From Nitrospirota bacterium (GTDB lineage Bacteria; Nitrospirota; UBA9217): a stretch of 64,000 bases of DNA. The DNA is taken from assembly GCA_035623825.1 (NCBI GenBank), contig DASPSR010000049.1, positions 1 to 64,000 of the forward strand. Direction: 5' to 3'. The translations under genes and the position numbers were made by a program. Under the pieces are notes generated by a model. The model saw nothing but the letters and a program-made list of their open reading frames with translations. It was not told the DNA's origin and did not search any database. This document shows positions 29,641 through 38,512 of this stretch, piece by piece. Each line of letters begins with the position of its first letter. Within the stretch, counting starts at the first letter, position 1.

Positions 29641-30138
29641 ATGGTTGTCTTCATCCGCATAGATGACCGCCTTATCCACGGACAGGTCGTGGAAGGATGG
29701 GTGAATTTTCTGAAAGCGACCTGTATCATGGTCGCTGATGACCACGTTGCGGCGAGCGCGCTCCAGAAGTCCATCATGGAGATCTCCGTGCCGCAAGGAC
29801 TGAAGGTCGCTATCGGCAATGTGGAAGAAATTTGCGCTCAGCTACGCACGGCGGCGTTCGATACCGAGCGGGTCATCCTGCTCTTCTCGAACCCTGCTGA
29901 CGTCCTAAGAGCGCTGAAGTCAGGTCTTGATTGCCAGGTGCTGAACATCGGCGGGATGCATTATGTCCAGGGGAAGCGCAAGCTCATGGATGTGCTTGCG
30001 GTCGATGACGCAGACCTTGACGCGCTCAGGGAGATTTCCGCCAGAGGCGTAAAAGTCGATATCCAGACGGTTCCAACGCAGCGGCCGATGTCGCTTGACA
30101 AGGTATTCAAGGCCTGCCATCTTGCGGAAAAGCCGTAG
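29641..30138 (+). CDS. PTS mannose-class IIB
   Basis: RIDDRLIHGQV and LNIGGM motifs. Confidence 0.93.
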   Translation: MVVFIRIDDRLIHGQVVEGWVNFLKATCIMVADDHVAASALQKSIMEISVPQGLKVAIGNVEEICAQLRTAAFDTERVILLFSNPADVLRALKSGLDCQVLNIGGMHYVQGKRKLMDVLAVDDADLDALREISARGVKVDIQTVPTQRPMSLDKVFKACHLAEKP

Positions 30139-30201
30139 TTTCCGGCTCGAGGAATATGAACGGCGGACGGCGGGTTTTTTTTGAGGCGTGAATTCACGTT
30201 C

Positions 30202-30981
30202 ATGGACATGATGACCTTCGATCTGCATATTTTGCTTTCTATTGTTGGCGTGGCCTTTGTTGGAGGGGTCATTGGACTCGATAGGACCGCCGTAGGGCAG
30301 ATCATGGTCTCTCAGCCCATTGTCGCTTCACCGATTACGGGATGGATGCTTGGCGATGTTACGACTGGGCTTGTTATCGGAGCGGTGCTCGAACTCATTT
30401 GGGTACTCGACATTCCGGTAGGCACATTTGTCCCGGCGAATTCTACCATCGGAGCGGTGTCGGCTACAGCCATCGCCGTCCTTGGAAGCAGGGGCAGTGC
30501 CCCGCTGGACAGGATCGGATTCAGCATCCTCCTGACCACTGGCATGGTCCCGGTAACAATGATGGTTGACACTCTGGTGAGGAAGTGGAACTCACGGCTT
30601 GCGGAGACGGCCGTCGCCGCGTCGGGCGAAGATGCCGAACGCAAGCTGGCTCAAGCCCACCTCTCCGGGCTTCTGATTTTTTTTCTAAAGTCCTTCGTTC
30701 TCTATTTAGTGTTCCTTCCCGTGGGTCTCGGTGCCGTGTTCCTGTTCGGTCGCCTGCCGGAGAAGTTCCACAGTGCCATGACGCTGTTCGTGAAACTTCT
30801 CCCCTTGCTCGGTGCCGCCATCGTGGCACGCAAACTATCGGTGAGGACACTTGACCGGTTTCTGCTGGCCGGGTTTTTGACGGCGGCGGTATTCACCTTG
30901 TTGTTTCATGTCCCTGCGCTCGTGGTGGCCGCGATGGTCATCAGTGCAGGCTTTCTGGGGGCTCGATTCAGTGAACGGTGA
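30202..30981 (+). CDS. PTS mannose-class IIC (start uncertain)
   Basis: LDRTAVGQIMVSQPIV...GLVIGAVLELIW...PVG; hydrophobic. Confidence 0.87.
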   Translation: MDMMTFDLHILLSIVGVAFVGGVIGLDRTAVGQIMVSQPIVASPITGWMLGDVTTGLVIGAVLELIWVLDIPVGTFVPANSTIGAVSATAIAVLGSRGSAPLDRIGFSILLTTGMVPVTMMVDTLVRKWNSRLAETAVAASGEDAERKLAQAHLSGLLIFFLKSFVLYLVFLPVGLGAVFLFGRLPEKFHSAMTLFVKLLPLLGAAIVARKLSVRTLDRFLLAGFLTAAVFTLLFHVPALVVAAMVISAGFLGARFSER

Positions 30982-31753
30982 GGACAGAGAGATCGGCGTC
31001 TCGGACCTGAGAAGGGTTTTCTGGAGGTCATTCCTGATCCAGACATCGTGGAGCTTCGACCGCATGCAGTCTCTGGGCTTTGCATACGCTATTCAGCCCG
31101 TTCTGAAGAAGCTATACCCGAACCTGTCCGAATATGAGTCCCGGCTGAAGTTCCATATGGAGTATTTCAATACCCAGCCGTACCTTGCCACATTCATTCT
31201 TGGTGCGGTAGCACGGCTGGAACAGGAAAGAGCTTCGAGTAACGACAGATCCCCTGACGTGTCGGGGATAAAGACCGCCCTCATGGCCCCGCTCGGCGCA
31301 CTTGGTGACAGTTTCTTCTGGGGTTCGCTCAAACCGCTTTCGGCTGTCGTTGCCACCGCGCTCCTCCTCGCCGGTGCATGGTGGGCCCCTATTGTATTCT
31401 TGGTTGTTTACAATATCGTGCATATAGGGCTCAGGGCTGCGGCCCTGGTAAATGGCTATAAGAGTGCCGGCGACGCCGTGGCGTTTAATGCCCGTTACAA
31501 CTTCACGAGGATTGCAAAGCAGTTTAAAGCAATATCGCTCTTTGTTGTGGGCGGGATTCTTGGATCGCTTCCAGCCTGGCGTCCGGAATTCAGGCTTGCC
31601 GTTCCTTATCCCGGTATTGTCACCGCGGGAATGGGCTTTTCCCTGACACTCGTACTGGTTGCGGTTCTGAGGAGAGCGGGGTCCCCAGTAAAACTTATGC
31701 TCGGGCTTGCCGCTCTTTGCCTTGCTCTGGCTTACGGAGGGGTCATTGAATGA
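30971..31753 (+). CDS. PTS mannose-class IID
   Basis: WSFDRMQSLGF, YFNTQPY and LMAPLGALGDSFFW motifs. Confidence 0.9.
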   Translation: MNGEDREIGVSDLRRVFWRSFLIQTSWSFDRMQSLGFAYAIQPVLKKLYPNLSEYESRLKFHMEYFNTQPYLATFILGAVARLEQERASSNDRSPDVSGIKTALMAPLGALGDSFFWGSLKPLSAVVATALLLAGAWWAPIVFLVVYNIVHIGLRAAALVNGYKSAGDAVAFNARYNFTRIAKQFKAISLFVVGGILGSLPAWRPEFRLAVPYPGIVTAGMGFSLTLVLVAVLRRAGSPVKLMLGLAALCLALAYGGVIE

Positions 31754-32019
31754 AACAAAAAGAACTGTTGATCGAGAACAAGCTTGGCCTCCACGCAAGG
31801 GCCGCAGCGCAGATCGTGAGATCCGCGAGCGCATTCTCGTCCAAGATAACGCTGGTCAAGGATGGTCTCGAGGTGGACGGAAAGAGCATCATGGGGATCA
31901 TGATGCTTGCTGCCGCCAAAGGGAGCAATATCATGCTTCAGGTGGATGGCGCTGATGAGGAGCAGGCGGTTGCAGGGCTCGAGAAGCTTTTCAGAGATAA
32001 ATTCGGAGAGAAGGAATAG
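31750..32019 (+). CDS. ptsH: Phosphocarrier protein HPr
   Basis: GLHARAAA (His15) and KSIMGIM (Ser46). Confidence 0.96.
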   Translation: MKQKELLIENKLGLHARAAAQIVRSASAFSSKITLVKDGLEVDGKSIMGIMMLAAAKGSNIMLQVDGADEEQAVAGLEKLFRDKFGEKE

Positions 32020-32061
32020 AAAAAAGCCACTTGGCAGTGAACAGGGAATAGGGCGGAGATA

Positions 32062-33816
32062 ATGCACGAAATAGTGTACAGAGGAATTGTGGCATCACCG
32101 GGCATCGTGATCGGCAGAGCGTATCTACTCGATCGTCGCAAAGTCGTGGTAGCAGGCCGAAGGATCGATGATATCAATGTAAAGGACGAAGTGGCTCGCT
32201 ACAAGCAGGCGGTCGATCGCTCGAAGAGCCAGTTGGAAGAGCTCAAGAAGCGCTTCAGTAAAGGTCTCGGCAAATCACACCTCTACATTCTAGATACACA
32301 CATTATGCTGCTCGAGGACAAGATGCTCATTGACGGGACGGTCAAGCGTATCAGGGAGTCGCAGCTGAACGCCGAGGGCGCGCTCACGGAGACCATCGCC
32401 GCGATCGGGCTCAAGTTCGACACAATCGAGGATGAGTATCTCCGCGAGCGCAAGCACGACGTGGAGCAGGTGGGTGAACGAATTTTAAGAAACCTTGTGG
32501 GGCATAAGCAGGAGAGCCTTGCCGACATCAAGGACGAGGCCGTGATAATCGCTCACGATCTTGCGCCCTCCGACACCCTCATGATGCGGAAGGACAAGAT
32601 ACTCGGCTTTGCCACGGATGCGGGGAGCCGGACATCCCATACCGCCATCCTTGCACGCTCACTCGGAATTCCTGCCGCAGTCGGCCTCGAGAATATCACT
32701 GCCGCGGTCAAAACCGGAGATGTGGTCATCCTTGACGGCATTCACGGTGTGGTGATCGTCGATCCCGATGAGGAGACGTTCCTTGACTATCTTAAGAAAC
32801 AGCGCAGATATAAATACTTCGAACAGGAACTCGAGAAGCTAAGGACGCTTCCCGCTGTAACCCTCGACGGTCACATGGTACAGCTTCAGGGCAACATCGA
32901 GCTGCCTGAAGAGGTCGCATCCGCGGCGGAACATGGGGGTGCGGGCATCGGCCTCTATCGTACGGAATTTCTCTTTCTGAACAGGCAGACCCTGCCGACG
33001 GAAGAAGAGCACTACAATGCCTATCGCCATGTCGCTGAGAAGGCCGGTCCTCACGAAGTAGTGATTCGGACGCTCGACGTGGGCGGGGACAAGGTTGGCC
33101 TGCCCGGTGGTTTCGAAAAAGAAGCGAATCCCGCGCTGGGGTTGCGGGCAATCCGTTTCTGCCTCCAGAAACAAGACATCTTCAGGACCCAGCTCCGCGG
33201 CATACTTAGAGCAAGCGCCCATGGGAATATTAAGATCCTTGTCCCCATGATCTCAGGACTCTCAGAACTTTACGAAACAAAGAAAATCCTTGAAGAAGTA
33301 AAGTCGGAACTCAGGTCCGAAGGCAGGGATTTCAATGAACATGTGGCGGTCGGAGTGATGATCGAGATCCCGTCTGCCGCTATGATAGCTGACCTCCTTG
33401 CCGCTGAGGTCGATTTTTTCAGCGTGGGCACGAACGACCTGATCCAGTATACGCTCGCGATCGACCGCCAGAACGAACATGTTGCGTACATGTACGAGCC
33501 GCTCGACCCCGCTGTGCTGCGTCTGCTCCACCGAGTTTCGGACGCAGCGCTCCGGGCGAAGGTAACACTCGCGATGTGCGGCGAAATGGCTGGAGACCCG
33601 CTCTATGCGGCAATCCTTCTCGGAATGGGGTTCCAAAGCCTCAGCATGAACGTTGCCTCTATTCCATGGGTGAAAAAGGTTGTCAGGTCGGTACGTATGC
33701 AGGACGCGGTAGAGCTTGCTGAACTTGTGATGCGGCAGCCGACAGCCGCCCTGGCAAGGAAAACCGCAGAGAACTTTATGGAAGAAAGATTCCCGGACCT
33801 GGTGGCGGAACTGTGA
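32062..33816 (+). CDS. ptsI: PEP-protein phosphotransferase (Enzyme I), no GAF domain
   Basis: GSRTSHTAI, GIGLYRTEF, RTLDVGGDK, GTNDLIQY and MCGEMAG motifs. Confidence 0.97.
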   Translation: MHEIVYRGIVASPGIVIGRAYLLDRRKVVVAGRRIDDINVKDEVARYKQAVDRSKSQLEELKKRFSKGLGKSHLYILDTHIMLLEDKMLIDGTVKRIRESQLNAEGALTETIAAIGLKFDTIEDEYLRERKHDVEQVGERILRNLVGHKQESLADIKDEAVIIAHDLAPSDTLMMRKDKILGFATDAGSRTSHTAILARSLGIPAAVGLENITAAVKTGDVVILDGIHGVVIVDPDEETFLDYLKKQRRYKYFEQELEKLRTLPAVTLDGHMVQLQGNIELPEEVASAAEHGGAGIGLYRTEFLFLNRQTLPTEEEHYNAYRHVAEKAGPHEVVIRTLDVGGDKVGLPGGFEKEANPALGLRAIRFCLQKQDIFRTQLRGILRASAHGNIKILVPMISGLSELYETKKILEEVKSELRSEGRDFNEHVAVGVMIEIPSAAMIADLLAAEVDFFSVGTNDLIQYTLAIDRQNEHVAYMYEPLDPAVLRLLHRVSDAALRAKVTLAMCGEMAGDPLYAAILLGMGFQSLSMNVASIPWVKKVVRSVRMQDAVELAELVMRQPTAALARKTAENFMEERFPDLVAEL

Positions 33817-34020
33817 CTGGGACAGAACACGAGGCGTGCAGTCCTCTTACCTGCAGCCGTGCGCGAATGAAGAGCGCATGAATTGTTGTTAAACCGGTAT
33901 CGAATTCGGGCTTAAATCAGTTTTTCTATCCTTTTTATATCTTTGTGCATAATATATTTTCTGCCGGCTCTGTATCTTCGTACTGCATTACGGCGGTGAA
34001 TAGGCAGGACAAGGTAATAA

Positions 34021-35148
34021 ATGCAGATCCCGGACCGAGAAATCGATAATACCGCGAGCGTCGGTGAGAACACGCAAAGTACAGCCAGGATCCATGATGG
34101 GAATATCTATGAGGCTGCAAAACGTTTTGACATCGACAAGGAAGATATCATCGACTTCAGCTCGAACGTAAATCCGCTCGGCCCGTCTTCTGCGGCGAAG
34201 CGGGCGACCAAGAGATCTCTCGCGTTCATTGACCGTTACCCTGATCCCGAAATGAACGGTCTTCGGAAAGCGATCGCCCGCTATTACGGGGTCAAACCCT
34301 CGCACATTGTCTGTGGCAACGGATCAAGCGGGCTAATTCACCTGATCCCTAAGGTATTCAGGCCGAGAAAGACCCTCATCCCTATACCGACCTTTCCTGA
34401 ATATGCAGCCGCCGTGGAAAACGCAGGCGGTCAGGTTGTCACGTTCCCTCTCAAGGAGCGCGAAGGATTTCGTGTGGACCCTCTCGAGATGGCCTTTGCG
34501 CTCAAAGGCATGGACATGGCGTTCTTCTGCAATCCCAACAACCCTACGGGTTTCCTCATCGAGAAGGCGGAAATGCTCGAAATCCTTCAGCACGCGCTCC
34601 AGCAGGGAGTCCGACTGGTGGTTGACGAGGCATTTATGGACTTTAGCAATTCCGATTCGGTCGTCAAGGATGCCGTACAATCCTCTCACATCATCTGCCT
34701 CAGGTCTTTTACGGAGTTCTTCGGTCTGCCGGGGCTCCGGATCGGATATGCCGTGACCGACGATACAACTGCTACTTGCCTCAGGGACGGCCAGGAGCCC
34801 TGGGCAGTGAGTATCCCGGCGGAGCAAGCCGCGATTGCCGCACTGAACGACTGGGGTTATATCAAAAAGACCCGTAGGCTGATCGAGAAAGAGCGCCGTC
34901 ACCTGCTCTCAGCCCTGCGGATCCTGCCCGGCGTGGAGCCGTTCCCTTGTCCGGCAAATTTTATCTTGATCAAACTCACCTCGATTGATTCATGGGAACT
35001 GGCGGAGAAGCTCGGTCAACGCGGTCTCCTTGTGCGCGATTGCTCTACGTTTCCAGGCCTTGGCAATGGCTACGTGAGGATTGCCGTGCGCACGCGCAGT
35101 GAGAACAAGCGCCTTGTGCGGGCGATCAGGGAACTCCTCATTGCGTGA
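34021..35148 (+). CDS. Threonine-phosphate decarboxylase (CobD)/HisC-like PLP enzyme
   Basis: DFSSNVNPLGP, YPDP, CNPNNPTG, DEAFMDF and RDCSTFPGL motifs; the PLP-lysine motif reads SFTEFFGLPGLRIG. Confidence 0.8.
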   Translation: MQIPDREIDNTASVGENTQSTARIHDGNIYEAAKRFDIDKEDIIDFSSNVNPLGPSSAAKRATKRSLAFIDRYPDPEMNGLRKAIARYYGVKPSHIVCGNGSSGLIHLIPKVFRPRKTLIPIPTFPEYAAAVENAGGQVVTFPLKEREGFRVDPLEMAFALKGMDMAFFCNPNNPTGFLIEKAEMLEILQHALQQGVRLVVDEAFMDFSNSDSVVKDAVQSSHIICLRSFTEFFGLPGLRIGYAVTDDTTATCLRDGQEPWAVSIPAEQAAIAALNDWGYIKKTRRLIEKERRHLLSALRILPGVEPFPCPANFILIKLTSIDSWELAEKLGQRGLLVRDCSTFPGLGNGYVRIAVRTRSENKRLVRAIRELLIA

Positions 35149-35168
35149 AACTCCTTCCGAAAAATATT

Positions 35169-35197
35169 TTGCAAAAATGTACTCTCTGTGATAGAGT
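35169..35197 (+). promoter_or_regulatory. Putative sigma70 promoter upstream of the small Zn-ribbon ORF and alr
   Basis: TTGCAA-17 nt-TAGAGT with TG extension. Confidence 0.45.
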
Positions 35198-35382
35198 AAA
35201 ACTGAACTTTATGAAAATATGGCGGATTTTGTGCGCCGCCTGCGAGAAGGAGCTCATTTGCCGCTCGAGAACGCGCTTACGCGTCAGCGTTTATCAATTA
35301 CACATACGAATGTGCAAGGCTGGGCTTTTCAATCCCGTAATGCCCGTTCACTCTTTGCGGAATGGAAATCGGAGGGTCGACC

Positions 35383-35577
35383 ATGGAACCCATCATGTGC
35401 CCCTTTTGTGGCGGAACGAATCTTTTTCAAGAAGATGATTACAGCCTCGAAATGGATTTCGAATATTGGACTATTCATCATTGGGAGTGTCTGGACTGCG
35501 CACAATCATTCGACAAGATAGAAATACTACCCGCATCGAACACCTTTGAGGAGATCAATGAGAGCACCATACACTGA
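35383..35577 (+). CDS. Small acidic zinc-ribbon protein (64 aa), unknown function
   Basis: SD GGAGG at 35371; MEPIMCPFCGG...HWECLDCAQSF; 3' end overlaps the alr start. Confidence 0.7.
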   Translation: MEPIMCPFCGGTNLFQEDDYSLEMDFEYWTIHHWECLDCAQSFDKIEILPASNTFEEINESTIH

Positions 35578-36724
35578 AGCGGCTCCTGATTGTACGGCGT
35601 CTTCTCATTCCGATTCTTGCAGGCCGACCGTTGCAAAGATCGACCTGCAATCGCTCTCTCACAATTACAACGAGGTGCTGAAACGTGCAGGAGGACGAAA
35701 AATCCTTGCCGTGGTCAAGGCGCAGGCGTACGGACACGGAGCGATCGGGGTTGCCCGGCATCTCCTAAAACTCGGCGCTGATATGTTGGGTGTCGCTCTG
35801 GTCGAGGAGGGGAGGGAGCTTCGTGCGGCCGGCATCGAGGCGCCGATCCTAGTGATGGGCGCTGTTTTTCCGGAACAGGCAGAGGCGATAGCAGCGCTAG
35901 GCCTCACGCCGGCGGTCTACGATATTGCAGTCGCGCGTGCCGTTGCCGATGCCGCCCGGAAGCTGAAGGTTACGGTCACGGTGCACATAAAGATCGACAC
36001 TGGCATGGGGAGGATAGGGGTCTCTCCTTCGTCGGCCGAAGATTTCATAGCCGACTTGATGAGCCTTGACGGGATAACGGTGCAGGGCCTGATGACGCAT
36101 TTCGCCGATGCGGACCTGCGGGATAAAAGGTTCGCCTCGGAGCAGATGGATCGTTTTGAGTCTGTCCTGAAGAAGCTCGATTCGCGTGGTATAGCCATCC
36201 CCCTTCGTCATGCGGCCAACAGCGCCGCAGTGCTTGATTGCCAGCGGGCGCTTTTCACCATGGTCAGGCCGGGGCTGATGCTGTACGGGTATAATCCCCT
36301 TGAAGGAGAGGGCGTTGACGCTGATTTGAGGCCGGTCCTTTCCCTGGTGACCCGTATTGCATTCCTGAAGAAGGTCCCTGCGGGGGTCCCCATAAGCTAC
36401 GGAAGGACATTTGTCACAAAACGGGAGAGCGTGATCGCCACGATCCCCATCGGGTATGCGGACGGCTACAGCCGCGGACTTTCGAATAGAGGAGAGGCCA
36501 TTGTCCGAGGAATCAGGGTGCCGGTGGCAGGCCGAGTATGCATGGATATGACCATGCTTGACGTGACGGACGTTCCCGCCGTAAGCCAAGGAGATGCGGT
36601 GGTGTTGATCGGAAGCCAGGGCCGCGAGCGGATTACGGCAGTCGACATAGCCGACCGGACGGGCACCATCCCGTACGAAGTGCTCTGCGGGATCAGCGGC
36701 CGGGTGCCGAGGCTGTATGTATGA
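35558..36724 (+). CDS. alr: Alanine racemase
   Basis: AVVKAQAYGHG, KIDTGMGRIG, HAANS, SYG, GYADG and GRVCMD motifs. Confidence 0.96.
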   Translation: MRAPYTEAAPDCTASSHSDSCRPTVAKIDLQSLSHNYNEVLKRAGGRKILAVVKAQAYGHGAIGVARHLLKLGADMLGVALVEEGRELRAAGIEAPILVMGAVFPEQAEAIAALGLTPAVYDIAVARAVADAARKLKVTVTVHIKIDTGMGRIGVSPSSAEDFIADLMSLDGITVQGLMTHFADADLRDKRFASEQMDRFESVLKKLDSRGIAIPLRHAANSAAVLDCQRALFTMVRPGLMLYGYNPLEGEGVDADLRPVLSLVTRIAFLKKVPAGVPISYGRTFVTKRESVIATIPIGYADGYSRGLSNRGEAIVRGIRVPVAGRVCMDMTMLDVTDVPAVSQGDAVVLIGSQGRERITAVDIADRTGTIPYEVLCGISGRVPRLYV

Positions 36725-36849
36725 AGTTTTTAGCGTGCAGATGCAGGAGCATTATAATTTGTATCTGAGACTATGAGAGCGGAGAAGAAATCACTGCTAA
36801 GTTACAAAATATCAGATCAAAGCCGTCAATTGAGTGAGCGAAGCTCCGT

Positions 36850-37620
36850 ATGAACCGCTGGCTTGAATTCCTGGGCCGTAAGACATCGCACCTCATAAGA
36901 GAGATGGGCGGCGTGTTTATATTCCTGACCCATGTTCTCCGCGGGGCTGCTAGTAGGCCGTTCTATCTGAAGAATCTCTTAAATCAGATGGAGCAGATCG
37001 GCGTGAATTCCGTCCCCGTCGTGCTTACGACGGCGATCTCGACGGGAATGGTGCTGGCGCTCCAGAGCTATACGGGGTTCAAACGATTCGGTGCAGAGTC
37101 GCTCATCGGCGCGGTGGTTTCGCTATCCATGACGAGGGAGCTCGGCCCTGTGCTCACAGGGCTCATGGTTGCAGGCAGGGCCGGGGCCGCGATGTCTGCG
37201 GAGCTGGGGACGATGAAGGTTACCGAACAGATCGATGCGCTCTATACCCTGGCCACTGACCCGATGAAATATCTCGTCGTTCCCCGTTTTCTTGCCAGCA
37301 CGATCATGATGTTCTTTCTCACTGCGCTCGGGATGTTCATCGGGATCGTTGGAGGGTATTTTGTCGGCGTGAAGGTGCTCGGCACGAATCCCGTCACCTA
37401 CATCAACCAGAGCATAGACAATACGGAAGTCTCGGATATTTGGTATGGCCTTATAAAAGCATCGGTGTTCGGGGCGGTGGTAGGACTTATCGGCTGCTAT
37501 AAGGGGTTCAACACCGAGGGAGGAGCGGAGGGGGTTGGTAAGGCCACAACCGGCGCGGTGGTGGCTGCCTGCATTCTCATAATTGTTCTTGATTACTTGC
37601 TGTCGGCGTTGCTGTGGTAA
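36850..37620 (+). CDS. mlaE: MlaE-family ABC permease
   Basis: RELGPVLTGLMVAGRAG, AELGTMKVTEQIDAL and GVGKATT motifs. Confidence 0.95.
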   Translation: MNRWLEFLGRKTSHLIREMGGVFIFLTHVLRGAASRPFYLKNLLNQMEQIGVNSVPVVLTTAISTGMVLALQSYTGFKRFGAESLIGAVVSLSMTRELGPVLTGLMVAGRAGAAMSAELGTMKVTEQIDALYTLATDPMKYLVVPRFLASTIMMFFLTALGMFIGIVGGYFVGVKVLGTNPVTYINQSIDNTEVSDIWYGLIKASVFGAVVGLIGCYKGFNTEGGAEGVGKATTGAVVAACILIIVLDYLLSALLW

Positions 37621-37722
37621 AGAGGAGTCAATGATGAAATGCAAACTTCACCCTTCAATCATGAACAGCTTTTACTATCGATGCGCCGTGCTGCAGCCTG
37701 ATGTTTGCGTTTTGAAATTGTT

Positions 37723-38469
37723 ATGATAGAGATAATCAATGTGCATAAAAGCTTCGGCGATCTCCATGTGCTCCGGGGAGTGAACCTTACGGTGGAGAAG
37801 GGAGAGAGCATGACGGTTATCGGCGGCAGCGGCAGTGGCAAGAGCGTTCTCATCAAGCACATCATCGGGCTCCTCTTTCCCGACAAGGGGCGGGTGGTCG
37901 TTGACGGGCAGGTTCTGAACAATCTCGATGAGCATGGCTTGAACGAGATTCGGAAGAAGTTCGGAATGCTGTTCCAGGGTGCGGCGCTCTTCGACTCCCT
38001 GACGGTCTGGGAGAACGTGGGATTCGCCCTGAAGCAGCACACGAGGCTGTCTGAAAGGGAGATAAGGAGTATCGCAACGGAGAAACTCGCTCATGTCGGA
38101 CTGAAGGACGTAGAGGATAAGATGCCTTCTGAGCTCTCCGGCGGAATGAAGAAGAGGGTGGGACTGGCCAGGGCGATCGCCATGGACGCGGCCATCATCC
38201 TCTATGATGAGCCAACGACAGGACTCGATCCTATTACGGCCGACGCAATTAATGACCTGATAGTCGATCTCAGGAAGAAGCTCGGCGTAACGTCCGTAGC
38301 AATCACCCACGATATGCATAGCGCGTATAAGATCTCCGACCGGATAGCCATGCTCTATAAGGGTGAAATCCTGGAGGTCGGGACGCCCGCACAGATAAAA
38401 AATTCTCCGAGTCCCGTTGTCCAGCAATTCATAACGGGCAGCGCGGTCGGGCCCATAACCGCGGAGTGA
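37723..38469 (+). CDS. mlaF: MlaF-family ABC ATPase
   Basis: GGSGSGKS, LFQGAALFDS, LSGGMKKRVGLAR and YDEPTTGLDP motifs. Confidence 0.95.
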   Translation: MIEIINVHKSFGDLHVLRGVNLTVEKGESMTVIGGSGSGKSVLIKHIIGLLFPDKGRVVVDGQVLNNLDEHGLNEIRKKFGMLFQGAALFDSLTVWENVGFALKQHTRLSEREIRSIATEKLAHVGLKDVEDKMPSELSGGMKKRVGLARAIAMDAAIILYDEPTTGLDPITADAINDLIVDLRKKLGVTSVAITHDMHSAYKISDRIAMLYKGEILEVGTPAQIKNSPSPVVQQFITGSAVGPITAE

Positions 38470-38512
38470 TGGGGAAGCGGATATCTAATTTCAGGAAGAC
38501 TGAGGTGCCTGC

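Noticed and set aside
30139-30182. T8 tract after PTS IIB as a terminator or phase-variation site
   Set aside because: The preceding stem is weak and the tract lies outside the likely coding start.
33817-34020. Cobalamin riboswitch upstream of the cobD-like gene
   Set aside because: No B12-box or conserved core visible.
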